This document shows, one piece after another, positions 25,213 through 58,314 of a DNA stretch of 64,000 nucleotides (the first letter of the stretch is position 1; every line of letters starts with the position of its first letter). A program made the position numbers and the translations under genes. The stretch is from Laetmonice hystrix. Taxonomy: Eukaryota. The stretch covers positions 18,042,001-18,106,000 of the forward strand of contig OZ249441.1 of the NCBI GenBank assembly GCA_965235115.1. The letters are read 5' to 3'. The notes below the pieces were generated by a model. That model was given only the letters and a program-made list of their open reading frames with translations. It had not been told where the DNA came from and ran no database searches.

Positions 25213-27384
25213 ACCCACTCTGGGCTCCCTGTTCCTCCCCATCATAACGAACCCAAGGGTCAGGGGTCAGGAGGTCAACCAGGTCAACTCGACGATAAGA
25301 CTGGGTTGGTTTTGAAACTGTTAGATCATCTCCTGAGATTCGGCGCCGTCACAATGTTATCAGCGTTTTTGTGTGACAACTCCCTAGCACCGTGGTCTTA
25401 CACCTGATCTACACGTCACCCGGGGGGTTATCATCACCCCAACACACCTGTATATACCTCGTATCTCTACACCGCTGATGTTCACCGCCTATCTGGTCTT
25501 GCTCACTAATCACGCTTTTAGAACTTGACTCAATAATCTTGCTAAAAGAATTGGGTGTCTCACAAATAAGACAAGATGATCTTTTTCTCCCCAGACAGTT
25601 AGTAGGAACACGTGAATACTGAGGGCACTACTAGAACCATGATATGTGTAAACCAAATCAACCATTCTATGCCGAACGATCTCTCGCCGTTTGCTGTTCA
25701 TGAAGACTTGTTTTTCCCGTTATCAATCTTATCTCCAGACGACAGACAATAAGCCACCAAACCTCTGCTTTAATACGCCAAGCCGTTGCTCTGACGGCCC
25801 TGGTAGTTACAAGTACCACAAGGATACCCAGGTCGGATGTCCTGTCTCAGCTATCTACAAACTTCAAACTTCACACTGGTGATAACACGCGCCGAGGCTT
25901 TTCATGACCCGATCCCTCCATCCCTGCCTTTGTGTGGCGACAATGGCGGCGGTGGGGGCAGCAATTGATCAAGTGGGATCATAAACCGCCGAGGTCTTGT
26001 GATCACAGCGTCAACGCTCCATCCTTGAGCTCGTCTAAAGTGGACGTCCCACCTCAGGTGTGAAGTGAGGACCCGAGCAGGTGAGCAATCTGGTACACAA
26101 CAACTTTCAGATGTTTTTATGACCGCGCGGTTCATGGGGAAGAGAATTCCGTAAACCAGACCACATACATGGAGGGCACTGAGGGTGTGTCATCAATACG
26201 TCATCAATACGACACGTCAACCTCATAATACCATTATAATGAAGAAACCTCACAGTCAAAGATCCAGACATTGGTGTCGTATTGTCACTCTACTTCTACT
26301 TCTGACCGACCATCCTTGCCCGCCATCAGTTGCCAAGTCGACTTATCTGTGGTAATGACCTAAGGCCTCATTACATAACCAGCCGGCCTCACAGAAACAA
26401 GCTATAGAGGCCTCATGGGGCTCACTGGCGTCCGGTCCTTCCAAATCATTTTTAGTTTAAAAGAGGGCAGAGCCCTGCCATGTTCAGAAGAATGACAAGT
26501 TAGTGCCTGCTTAAAAACAAGATACCTTTCTCCTAATCTTACCCCCCCCCCCCGGCTCCCATTTACCCTCCCTCTGGTTTCAACCCGTCCACATAAACCG
26601 TTCAAGTCGACATTCCCTTGTCGCGCCAGGCAAGGGTTGTTGGTGGTCCCGACACCTCCATCCCACCGGTCCTAAATGATGGCACTCAAACGGTTAACAA
26701 ACTTCCCAAGTTTATCATATCATGTATCGAATCGCATCAGGCCACCTGGCACAATTCAACCACATACATTTACCAGAAATTGATATACATGTACTCAAAT
26801 TTCAGCATGGTCAGCATGGCCCCTGGTCAATTCCATTTTTGAAGATGCTTAAATCGAACTACTATAACACAGTAACTCAGCGAAAACTTGAGTATATTTG
26901 CCTTTCTATGTTCTGCTGACTAGCTTGTGATAGTGAAACCTGTCAAAGATCTGTTGAACAGGTACCCCCCGCCCCCCCCCCGCCCCCCCTTACACCTTAC
27001 GCCATCTCATACCGTCCCCGCACTATAAAAACACGCCCTATTCAACCTTATCCCACATGTCATTTACCGCACCTACTTTAATCCCCAACACCGCGCTATT
27101 TGAAGTCCATATAAAACCACTTGAGATAGACAAGTTTGCGATAAGCCTGGGAGGTCCTAACAGGCTCGGTGCACCAGCTGAGATCTCTCTATATATGGGT
27201 CCGGCAGACTGGGTGGCGGGTGCGAGCTGCGGATCGGAAACCAAGACGTGGAGGGTCGAAGGGGCCTGGCCGAGTATTATCATGGATCCAACAGGCCTCA
27301 GCATGCAGCACCTTACTGCAGCTGATATTAACTATAAATGCCACTTGATATTCTCAAGAAAACGGGAACGAAAGGATGAAAGAA

Positions 27385-27500
27385 AAATGAAATGAACGAA
27401 GGACAGAAGGAAAGAGAAAGAGAGGAGATGAAGAAAGACAGAAAGAAAGAACAAAGAAAGAGAAAGAAGAAAGAGAGAAAAATAAAAAAAGAAAAGGCTG
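27385..27500 (+). repeat. purine-rich (GA/GAAA) low-complexity tract
   Basis: Almost entirely A/G. Confidence 0.75.
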
Positions 27501-28267
27501 TTTTTTTTTAACTTCATAGATCGTCTTGAAATAGCTCACTCTGAAAGTTAAATCTTCCCAGATTCTCACATGCCGACGTTCCATGTCGACATGTAGCGCC
27601 ATTTTTGGCAGAAGAGATAAAATATAATAATAAGGATATTAAAAAAACACAGGAAAAACCCCAGAGGCGAAGCGCCATTGTTCCCTCGTCAGGCCCTCTT
27701 CCAACGACACGGAAGTCGGGATGTGTGCGTTTTGTTGGGATCGAGTCTGGTTGCATGCCGGGGTATACCGACAGCAACCTTTTGACCATTCATTGTCTTT
27801 TCTCGGAGTGCTGGGTATTAGGCCTGGCCAGGAGACGTACTCAAACCGATCCTTGCCACAAGTCAACCCTGCATGGTTACTGCTGCCAGTTCATGTCAAC
27901 ATCGTTTTATTGTTTGTCTGTGTTTTATTTTTTTTACCGAGGTCTTGGCATTTTCGCCCCGGAAAAGGCAAAGCGACCCGACGCAGTTCAGGCCGATATT
28001 CTGCCCATTACAGACAGGAAGGTCCCGAAACGTCTCCGCAACTATTGATGTCCACCTTGGTGAACAAATGGTTGAAAACCGGCCACGCCGAGCACGGATC
28101 ATAATCTACTCTCTCAGCAATCAGTAACCGTAGTTTTAATGATTAATGGATACAATATAGTTATCTCCACGGTCCTTTTCCTTTTCCAATTCATAAATCA
28201 TAATGCACCTGATATTTGATGCGTTTCATAGATGAATTGCCTACATTGAACCGATTGTACTGCTACG

Positions 28268-28897
28268 TTTGTGAGGGTCAGCCGGGGCAGCACCACCAAG
28301 GGCGTGTTTGTGAGGGTCAGCCCGGGCAGCGCCACCAGGGGCGTGCTTGTGAGGGTCAGGCGGGGTAGCGCCACCAGGGGCGTGTTTGTGAGGGTCAGCC
28401 GGGGCAGCGCCGCGAGGGGGCGTGTTTGTGAGGGTCAGCCGGGGCAGCGCCACCAGGGGCGGGTTTGTGAGGATCAGCCAAGGCAGCGCCACCAGGGGCG
28501 TGTTTGTGAGGGTCAGCCGGGGCAGCGCCACCAGGGGAGTGTTTGTGAGGGTCAGCCGGGGCAGCGCCACCAGGGGCGTGTTTGTGAGGGTCAGCCGGGG
28601 CAGAGCCGCCAGGGGCGGTGTTTGTGAGGGTCAACTGGGGCAGCGCCACCAGGGGCGTGTTTGTGGGGGTCAGCCGGGGCAGCGCCACCAGGGGCGGGTT
28701 TGTGAGGGTCAGCCGGGGCAGCGCCACCAGGGGCGTGTTTGTGAGGGTCAGCCGGGGCAGCACCACCAGGGGCGTGTTTGTGAGGGTCAGCCGGGGCAGC
28801 GCCACCAGGGGCGTGTTTGTGATGGTCAGCCGGGGTTGAGCCACCAGGGGCGGGTTTGTGAGGGTCAGCAGGGGCAGCGCCACCAGGGGCGGGTTTA
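28268..28897 (+). repeat. 39-bp GC-rich minisatellite, ~16 copies (gtttgtgagggtcagccggggcagcgccaccaggggcgt)
   Basis: Visible tandem array. The overlapping ORFs on both strands are 13-aa repeats, with a frameshifting indel near 28405. Confidence 0.95.
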
Positions 28898-29278
28898 TGG
28901 CGGGATCCACCGGTCGACTGACCGGCCTGACATGCCAGTCACCGCCCAGACATGCTCCTTTACATGCTAGCAATGTTTACTCCACTGACATGCTATACCG
29001 ACCACCTCGCGGTACTGAGCGCGCCGTGGGAGGGCGGGAGGGAGGTCTCGGGGTGCGCCCTCTATGGACGGACGAAGGTACCACCATTGGGGTTGACCTG
29101 GTCGGGTCACGATGGCCGTGTCAGACAGCGGATCTTTCTATCATGCACAAATCTCTAGAACTTGGTCATGTTTATTCGTGATATATTTACCATATTTTCT
29201 TTTTAAATCAAAATATTAGAATAAAACATGCCTTAGATTTTTTTTCATACATATCTGTCGGCCTGAACGATTTAAATA

Positions 29279-29284
29279 TTTATT
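29279..29284 (-). promoter_or_regulatory. candidate polyadenylation signal (AATAAA) for the zinc-finger gene
   Basis: tttatt on the + strand, ~220 nt past the candidate stop at 29505 in AT-rich sequence. Confidence 0.4.
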
Positions 29285-29504
29285 CTAATACATGTTTTCT
29301 GTACTTCTGGTAAATGGCAAATATTTTGAAGTGGCATAATCAACACGGATCAAAAGCTAATGCCGGAAACTTGTTAAGAGACAAATATTATTATACCAGG
29401 AACCTTTTGCTTTCACGGATACTAGACTAGAAAAATTGATTAACAATATTAACGGGTATAAATTAACAATCATGCTACCTTAAAGTAATTCTTTTATAAA
29501 GGAC

Positions 29505-49622
<20,118 letters not shown>

Positions 49623-50513
49623 GTCCTCCTTCAAATACACAAAGAAATCAATTACAATAACATCATAGTAAAAAATACTTTAATTAAAAAAAAAGAAGAA
49701 GTTAATATTGAGATGAGCAGCAACAATATGGCCAACCATAAAAACTGTTTTATTACCTTTCAGGATGGAAAATTAATAAAAACCAAAAAAAACACTGTTT
49801 TCAACATATTTAAAGTTATCATATCATAAGCAATATACATGTAGTAGGTACACAGTTTGCAGGGCTTGTCCTTTAAGGCACGCAATTGCGCGCGCGCGCC
49901 ATGGCGCACCTAAAATGAGACAGAGGAGCCCAAAAAAACCCGCACCTTGCAAAAATAAAACTTAAAAATTCGCGCGCCTTGGACTACTTGTAATGTACAG
50001 TAATACTAATGTGCTTGTACCCTGGCAGTAACCATGTGCCTATGGTTGATCATTAACAGAAGTCAAGACGGATGGGATGTGTGACGGGGGGATTTTGGCC
50101 TTGGGTTGAAGGAAAAAGCTGCCGCTGGAGCCTACCAGTAGCTGTTCCCTGATCTGAACCCATACCTTGCTAAATGAACAGTAACTGACTGAACCATAAT
50201 AGTACAGGACAATATTTTCCCCCACATCTCTAGATTAAGAATGTTTAGTTAGATTTGACTTATGAATACCGCAGTAACATGTACCGGTAATGTTTCCGTT
50301 TACTATGCTTCAACCTTGTCACATCCCCACTGGTATGTCATCAGTGCTTTACAATGTTACATGTTGTATTAGACATCCAGAATTACTATTAAAAGAACAT
50401 GAGCAACTTATATGTCAGTTGTTGACAGTACAACATTTGCATTGGTCAAGTAAGATTTTAATACCTTTTGTACGGAGCTTTTGTCCAAACAAGAGTTGAA
50501 GAGGAGAGATTTA

Positions 50514-50695
50514 CTGGGGCCGATTCAGGTTTTTTGAAAGGGGGGGGGGGGTGGGGAGAGAGTGGTGAACTAACACTAACAGTGTGGTCACGGCAGGAGC
50601 ACTGTGTGGTGGTTTTTTTCATCTATTTTTTAAAAATGTCAATAGGGCCCCCCCCCTCAACACACACACACACACGCCCCCTGGATCCACCCCTG
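50514..50695. mobile_element. GGCGGATCC-type MITE-like repeat
   Basis: ctggggccgattcagg ... cctggatccacccctg inverted ends with internal G and C runs. Confidence 0.5.
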
Positions 50696-51612
50696 ATCAT
50701 GTTGTGTTTTACCACTACAAATAAATAGCCAAAGAAGTCGAACATGACTATAGTTGTCATTAAATTTCTATTCATTTATTTACAGCATTATACACCTGTA
50801 CATAGGCCTGTGTGTTAAAAAATAACATTCGACACAACAATACTGTATTAGATTACCGGTATACCTAATACTATAGCCACACAGACATTTTGGACATCTT
50901 TTTCACAGGCAAACTACATACATATGAACAGCTGCACTTTTTCAAACGTGTCACTGCGAGTCAGAGGTTCAGCCCAGTCTGACCTCTGACCTCCACCGGG
51001 TCACACGAACCCCCCAGTAATTTTAAGTACTTTTCCAGACATTTGATCTAAATTCAGGGAGAACTTTTTACTTAGACTAGAAGCTATGCTGGACTGGAGT
51101 GGTGCACAGTTGAAGATGTGGGAGCATTAGCACAACGTCGACGGTAAGGTTCTCACCTCAAACATTAGCCTGATGATTAGGCCCTTTGTCATATACTACT
51201 CACAGTTTATGATAGGAAACATCTGAAAATTTTTAATTCCCGTTTAATTTTAAATTCTAGTTTAGAGAAAAACTACAGCATTCAAACTTACAGGAATCAA
51301 AAGATCTTAATACAATGAGTAATTTAAAACCAAAATCTCAGAACTGTTAGAGCCTTTTTCAAGTAGTTACTAAAAACACAAATTGGTGTCAAACACGAGA
51401 CGAGTCCACCTAGCCTTGCCCTAGTTATCATCAACCAACAATCAACAACATGTCATGTTGACGCCACCCCGATTTTTACTTAGTCTTAGCCTTAGTCGGC
51501 TTAGGCCACGGAAACAAATTTTCCAGTTTCTGGTATGTGCGCGCGTCACTTTAGATGCTGCGCATCAGTGCTTTTTTTCTTGCCCTCACCTTGAATGACT
51601 GAGTGAATTGTG

Positions 51613-51626
51613 CTGCCACCTAGTGG
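51613..51626 (-). promoter_or_regulatory. CTCF-consensus motif in the divergent upstream region
   Basis: Minus strand reads CCACTAGGTGGCAG, a full match to CCASYAGRKGGCRS. Confidence 0.55.
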
Positions 51627-51879
51627 TAAGGTTTGAAACTAACCATTGTTGTAATGGATATTTCATAAACACTGTAACAGTATTCAAAGCGATGATAGCA
51701 AAGGTCATGGTCCTTGTTTAGATCAGTTCAAATTAATTTCTTGCACTGGTGGATCCAGGATTTCACTAACGGGGGGGTGGGGGGGGGGGGGCACATATAG
51801 ATAAGCAATTCATGATTGTTTGCAAATTACTAATTAATGTTCATGGAGTCATGCTCTTAAATGAGAGTTTTAGAGGTAG

Positions 51880-52048
51880 CAGGCCCGTAGATAGGGCAGG
51901 ATCGGGGGGATCGGCCGAACCCCCCGCCAGACCCAAAAGTTCCACCCTGTGGTGGTAGGCCTCGCCTACAGGGCCCGGAGCAAGGCTTCGGCAGTGCCAC
52001 CCCACCATCCTCAGATCCCCTCCACTAACAAAGCTGGCTACGGGCCTG
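51880..52048. mobile_element. short MITE-like element with 11-bp TIR (caggcccgtag / ctacgggcctg)
   Basis: Perfect 11-bp inverted ends; no TSD found. Confidence 0.5.
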
Positions 52049-52495
52049 TATTATAGGCCTACATAATAATAGCTCGGGGTTTCCCTGAGATACACCGTCA
52101 GTGTTAAAATTAATTAAAAATGAGTAGGCTATTAATTTATACTATAGCCGTGTATAGCTATAACACGTTAGGCCTATAATTAGTGAAGCTAAAAGGGGGC
52201 ATGTACCCCCGTGCCCCCTGGATCGACCTTTGTCTTGTTCTTGTTTTCGCACGAAATATTGGGGAGCAGCTGGGTATTTTCGTGTGAAATAAGGACGGAC
52301 AGGGTTGCAGACCCCCCAAGTGACCCGCATCTGGCTGGTCGGACCCGCAAAACGGCACCAAAACCCACTGACCAGCGAGGACAGCCATAGGACCCGCCTG
52401 AATGATAAATCTAGGCCTAAAACGCCCAGGCCTATTGCTAGGCCTATCCTTCCTACTTTGTGTCATTGGTTGAGGATAATCTGCGGCTTGATCAC

Positions 52496-53406
52496 CAGGG
52501 CTGGAATTTCCCACTCGTCCGGCTGCCCGAGACGAGTAAGTTTCGGTCCGGACGAGTAAGTCTAGCCCAGTATCTCGTCCGCCGGCCGAGTAACTATTTT
52601 GGTTAGGCCTACTGTTGTTTAAAGGGGGTGACCTTTTGGCGGCTCAATCTTTCTCCAGTGCAGTAACAACAGCGGGGGTCATTTGGCTGGCTCAGCTGAC
52701 CCCGGCCCCTGTGTTTCAACTGGCCACCTGTGTGTCGCCAGAGTGCTCCTTTTGTTCATGTGTTGTTGTTTGTTCAGTGTGTGTCCTGAGTGGCTGTCGC
52801 AGCATCAGCGTGGCCCAGCTACACTAATCTCTGAGCCAGGTAATCTGCCGACATGCATCGCAACTGGAAACACAGGCCTCCCCCCCCCACCAACCAGCAT
52901 CGTCCCCAAAGCGCCGATTGAATGATGAAAAAAGACATGACAGGGACGCCTGTGGAATCAGCATGGCCGCAGAAGGCCAGACACAAGGCCTTATGGCCCA
53001 CGTCATAGAGAAATTCAAAGTCCTGAAAACAACGCCTGTTCTTCTCTGGTGGAGACAAATAGCGACTTTTTTGGAAAACCTTGAGAGGGACTTTGACATG
53101 TGATTCAATTTGCTGTCCTAATTAACTGAAGCGCAAATCTGAAAAGCATTCAGTGGTCCATGAAGCCCATATATATGCTCAAGTTTATTAAACGTTTTTA
53201 TGTATGACAGAGGTGTATGTGATTGCAAATAACTTGACTGGCTTGTAAATTACGACTGTTTAATTAAAGCATAATACTCATCGACCATGCCTATTATCTT
53301 AAATTCTCTCTGAAATCCGGGCAAGTAACTTCTGATCTGGGCAAGTAACTTTTTCAGGCTACTTGCCCGACGGGCAAGTAGCCTAAAATTTGAAATTCCA
53401 GCCCTG
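52496..53406. mobile_element. 911-bp non-autonomous DNA transposon with perfect 15-bp TIRs and 5-bp TSD ATCAC (hAT5-like)
   Basis: ATCAC|CAGGGCTGGAATTTC ... GAAATTCCAGCCCTG|ATCAC; subterminal cgagtaa / gcaagtaa repeats. Confidence 0.85.
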
Positions 53407-54717
53407 ATCACACGTAAATTAGTAAAATTAGCTCAAAATACCTGCGTCAGGCACTTTCTTTGCTTAACCACATCAAGTGACCTAGATCTAGCCATATCCG
53501 ATAGATGGCGATTGTTGCCCCCCCCCCTTATTTTTGCAGACTGATTTTTTAACGAATTGTTAATGAAAAAAACGTTATTTTCTGCTAACTCTAAGACCTT
53601 GGATTTTATTCCCAGATGCCAGGAAAACGCGTATTGGGCACTTTAATCTTCAAATGTTTCAGGGGGAGGGCCCCCAGACCCCCCGCTCGAGACTTTGCGC
53701 CTTCGGCGCTTGCATGACCAGCATTTCAAATCTTGGAACTTGGGACCTATGGGGTTGGGTAGAAATAGAATGAGCCTAAAACTTTTATTCAGGCCTTCCA
53801 CTGCACCACTTTTGAAATGTTCTTCAGATCAGAAACCGGGAATTTTCTTTTTTTTGGCCTTTTTTAGGTGTTTTAGGCCAAGTTGTTAGGGTTTTTTACT
53901 TTTTACCATTGTCATACCATCTAATCATAGGTATTTGTCTCATTGCAAATAGAGGGTCTACTAATACCAGTGGCCATAAACATTGATATATAGAAATCCG
54001 ACTTATCTAAATGATATTAGGTCGTTTTATTTTTTAATACTATCTACCGCGTGCAGACAGTTCCGTCTGCTTGTCCCGTTTAACGACGCAAATAAACATG
54101 GCGTTGTTGATTGGACAACAAAATGGCTACTGTTATTCTGAAGTTATTCCAAGAGATTAGGGGGTCATTCTTCCTTTACATTCAAGGTTGAGACACAAAA
54201 TGATAACCCTAGTGTTTTCATCTTCCGTCCCGCCTAAAATACGCGGATAAATGAGCCTAAAACTAGTAAAAGAGAAATATTTTGATGTCTTCCCCGTCAT
54301 GTATGCAAATGAATTGCGCGCGGAACTGCATTATCAGCTAGACCGCATTTTTCGCAATATTCGACATTTTCATTTTCTATCTATGTTTGACCGTACATGT
54401 AACTCACCTACGATGTATCCTTACCTATGTCTCGGCTTGAATTGTATCACAATATCCACGATACGACCTTGAAAATAAAGATATTTAGAGGGGAAGTGCA
54501 CCGTTTCCTCTCCCGTTCGGGCCTATTATTTCCCAGAATTCCTCAGCACAACAGCGCCATCTATATGGCAACATAAAATTAACCTATTATCGCCCGTGAA
54601 AGCTGGAGGCGACGGTAGGCACTAAAACTAAAACTAAAGCCACAAACTATAACAAAAGTAACACCTAGGTGCTCATAAATAATTCTGCAACCTAGAGCGA
54701 CGGTAAAAGGCTGTACA

Positions 54718-55689
54718 ATGGTCCCAACCGTGATAGAAAACCTTTTTGATTTTCTTTACCAGCAGAGGCAAATATTTCAAGAATATAAACTGACGGGGAC
54801 AGAAAAACGATGTACCCTAATCTTGAAGTTCTGTCACGAAGACTTCCTGAACTGTTCCAACGATACCATAGTGACAGCAGTGGGACAACCTGAAGACGTG
54901 ACAGAAAACACGGATGCTATGACGGTGGAGGTAACGGAGAACCAGGATCCAGAGAGCGATTCTGGCCTGCAGCTCAGCCCAAATCCCATTGTTCGTACGA
55001 GGCAGACCCTGAAGAAGCCAAGCCAAACTGGGACAGAGATTTTGAGTAGCGAATCTGAGAGTGGCTTTGTTGGCACCACCAGTCTGATAGTCGATAAAGT
55101 GGTGAAACAAAACCTTGCGGCCTTACCATACACAGGCCAATCGGGCATGGTGAGCGAAGACACAGATGCCTCCGACAACACTGATTGTGACAGTGATGCG
55201 CACAGCGATGACAGTTTCGATGTTGTCTCGGTTGTTGATCCGGACGAACCTTCTGATGAGAAGCTGGCCATGGAAGCGGTTCATGAGTTAGAAACTTCCT
55301 CGACCTGTCATGCACTTTATCTCAAAGCTCAGGTGGCTGGACTTGGTACTAAAGCTCGAGAGAATATCATGGATCAAACACGCAACACAAAAATCTTAAA
55401 ACGATTGTATCATTTCGATGGGGCAATGCATACACTGACTGGTGTATCTGAGGATGTAATGGTTCGACTGAACATTGATTCATATAATGACTTTGCACTT
55501 GCATCTCTGAGAAAGTGGGCCCTTCGGGAAACATCAAACAAAACAGGATGGCAAGAATGGTTTGAAGGAGAACTCGGTGAGAATCGATACACAACATTAG
55601 CAGAGGATGACCGCTATCACACTGCCAGCCGCAAAATGGAGCATATTCTTCAGAATCTCATGACCAAACTACGGGAGGAATTAAGATAA
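54718..55689 (+). CDS. intronless 323-aa uncharacterised protein (predicted folded N- and C-terminal parts, acidic Ser/Asp-rich linker)
   Basis: Non-repetitive 972-nt ORF, good Kozak (acaATGg), upstream in-frame stop, long AT-rich 3' region with AATAAA signals. Confidence 0.78.
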   Translation: MVPTVIENLFDFLYQQRQIFQEYKLTGTEKRCTLILKFCHEDFLNCSNDTIVTAVGQPEDVTENTDAMTVEVTENQDPESDSGLQLSPNPIVRTRQTLKKPSQTGTEILSSESESGFVGTTSLIVDKVVKQNLAALPYTGQSGMVSEDTDASDNTDCDSDAHSDDSFDVVSVVDPDEPSDEKLAMEAVHELETSSTCHALYLKAQVAGLGTKARENIMDQTRNTKILKRLYHFDGAMHTLTGVSEDVMVRLNIDSYNDFALASLRKWALRETSNKTGWQEWFEGELGENRYTTLAEDDRYHTASRKMEHILQNLMTKLREELR

Positions 55690-58308
55690 TAATTAGGACA
55701 GTTTCAGACTTTCACAGCCTTTGAAAACAGCTTTCATGAGAAGAGTACACCAGACCCTGTCTTTTGATGGGCGCCATGGCGCTTGCCCCCGTAAGCGCCC
55801 GTGATTGTGAAGTTAGGAGCGCTATACCTGACGCCCGTGATAGCTTGCAAGGCCCTAGGCCTATCAGGATGACTCTCATATAGCTCCTGTCTCTATTTCC
55901 CAGAGAGTCACTGATGGCACTTGTGTTTTCAAAAGACAGGGTGTGGAATACAACTGTACCTGTGGAGTATGGGATTCTGAGATGTGATACACTGTATTTT
56001 CTTTCTCCAGAATTCAAACAATACATGTAGTCGACTTTAATGTTACATCACATGTGCAGTGCTCTCATTGTATTTCTATGATTACATGTTAATGATAAAA
56101 TCCAGTGTAAAAGAAAAATGCACATCTAACGGCCAGTGACACTTTACAAGCAGACTTGTGTAAATGAGTATATAAACTAATTTATCAACCCATAGGTCAC
56201 AAAATATAAACAGATTTAGTAATGCTACTGTGACCTCCCAATATTTGGGTCATGAAGGAAGTAAATGTGAGCTTGGTGACTAATCTTTCATGGTGACTTC
56301 AAGAAACCTTCATGGAATACACTTTTTTCAAAATTAAAGTAGATTAACTAATTATAAATATGCTGTGTTAGATGCTAGGATTTTATTCTGGTGCTACTAA
56401 TATTTCTGTTATATGCAACGTATTTGCCAGCAATATTACTAAACTTTTGTTGATATTTCATACAGTGCTACAAGTTCTAATTGCTGTGCCATTGTGTTTC
56501 ATGTGTTAACTTTGACAGAATACGGTTCATTATTTACAAATCCTGTGATTAATTTGTTCTTATAAATGGTCTTCTGTAGAAGACAAACAGGTTTAATAAG
56601 TGACGCTGCTGAGTTTCAAAGATGGGGCTTAATTATGCTGAATTATATTTGATAAGCTGCAAAGGCAATTGTTTGAAGGAACTCTTTGAGTTACACCATT
56701 GTGATATGTGTGTCTTCCTTCACCATTAGGTAGAGGCCTGGTGTGTTGTCACAGTGCTGATTGGTTGAAAAGCATTAACAGTTTTTCGTTTTCCACCCAA
56801 AGGTCAAAATCAGTGAGCAAAAAGGAATATTTGCTATTTTTATTTAGTCCGATGAGTTCTATTTGTCAAGTCAAGTAGATAAATGTAATATATACTAATT
56901 TAGGATAGCTAAAGGGGAAGTTTCTGTCAAAGTAGAGCTCTACTAATGATGTTCTATAGAAAGAGCAATAATGGACTGCTTGAACTTTACCTGCTCCTCC
57001 AGTTAATGTTATATTTTATTACTTTTTGTATTAAACAGAGAAAATGTTGGTGGTATATAAAATCATGTATGCTGAATCTGAAATAACTATGATCATGTTT
57101 CTCACATAACTTTAGGTATACACTCGTACAATAATCTGCCATATCTATGTTAATCAGACATCTTAAACTTTAAAGGAAGTCCCGTACAATCAAACATTGT
57201 CACTGAATATATTTAGGAATTTGATTGATTTTTTATTAAATTTGTCTTTTTGCGCCAGTATTTTATTTAACAATTTGCGAGATTTATCGTCTCATTCTTG
57301 AAGACACTATATTATTGTAAGCCACTTTAGGCATCACATAAACCTGTGATAGCCAATTTTCACACTTCACTGGAATGAATCTCTTTTTGTCTAGTAGTGT
57401 ACAGATATATGGTGCTTTCAAAACTGTATGTGAATGTAAAATGACCCTAAATCTTTGCAACCTACAGGTGCCTTTGTAAAGGATGTTAAAAGCAGTTGAC
57501 ATGGAATTACAATCCAGATGGTTTCCACTTATACGGTTGTTTTTAACGGAATAAAATCGACTGTCGTGTAGTAGGGCTAGTGGTTACTTAACTTGAAATA
57601 ATCATGCGCCAAAACGAGCCACAGTTTAGGAGGCTATATTTTATGAAAATAAAGTATAGATTTATTTTACAGGTGTATTGACTTTACATGTAAAATAAAC
57701 CCTAAAAATAACCCACACTACAGTAAATAGAAAAGAAAATGCATTGTCTTAAGATATATTATTTAAAAAAATTATTGGAAATTGGAAACGGAGGAATAGG
57801 GAATTTATTGCAAAACATTGCAATTGGTAGGTTGAGTTTTGTAACAACCATTCATGACACACAGGCGAATAGTAATGGGAACTGACCAAATGGTATTTTC
57901 TGTGTTAGTCTCACAGATGCAGTGTGCTGGTACATAAACTGGTAGTCCTTTCTCACCTCAAAAACGGGTACAGCATCTCTAAATGATTGGCTGACTTACA
58001 TAGGTAAGAACACAGAATGTCTATATCATGATTTTTTTAAACTTCCCTAAGCCTATGCAATGTCACAGAGCTACTCCAACCGTTCTATGGAAATGCTCCA
58101 CTTTTTTCATTGGGCCTAACTTTTGGTCTTTGGCTAATGATCTGTCACTGTATTAATTACAGGAAATTGTAATCTATCATTTCAACTTTATTTGTAGCAT
58201 TGGTTAGCATTTCTTTTTTCTACCAACATAAATCATTTTGTTACTTTTCAGCATTTGAGAGTAGTCGTATACGGTATGAATTCAGGGATTGTATGCCAAA
58301 GTGCTATG

Positions 58309-58314
58309 AATAAA
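58309..58314 (+). promoter_or_regulatory. candidate polyadenylation signal for the 54718-55689 gene
   Basis: AATAAA followed by U/GU-rich sequence; other AATAAA copies lie near 57550-57700. Confidence 0.35.

Noticed and set aside
28268-28897. CTCF-like site or coding potential in the 39-bp array
   Set aside because: CCACCAGGGGCG is one G short of the core and the other strand breaks the conserved AG; an indel shifts the ORFs.
52918-53103. 61-aa plus ORF as a first exon of the 54718 gene
   Set aside because: Lies inside the TIR/TSD-bounded transposon; the 54718 ORF has its own Kozak ATG and an upstream in-frame stop.
54290-54700. snRNA gene downstream of the octamer ATGCAAAT
   Set aside because: No recognisable U snRNA sequence or Sm site follows.
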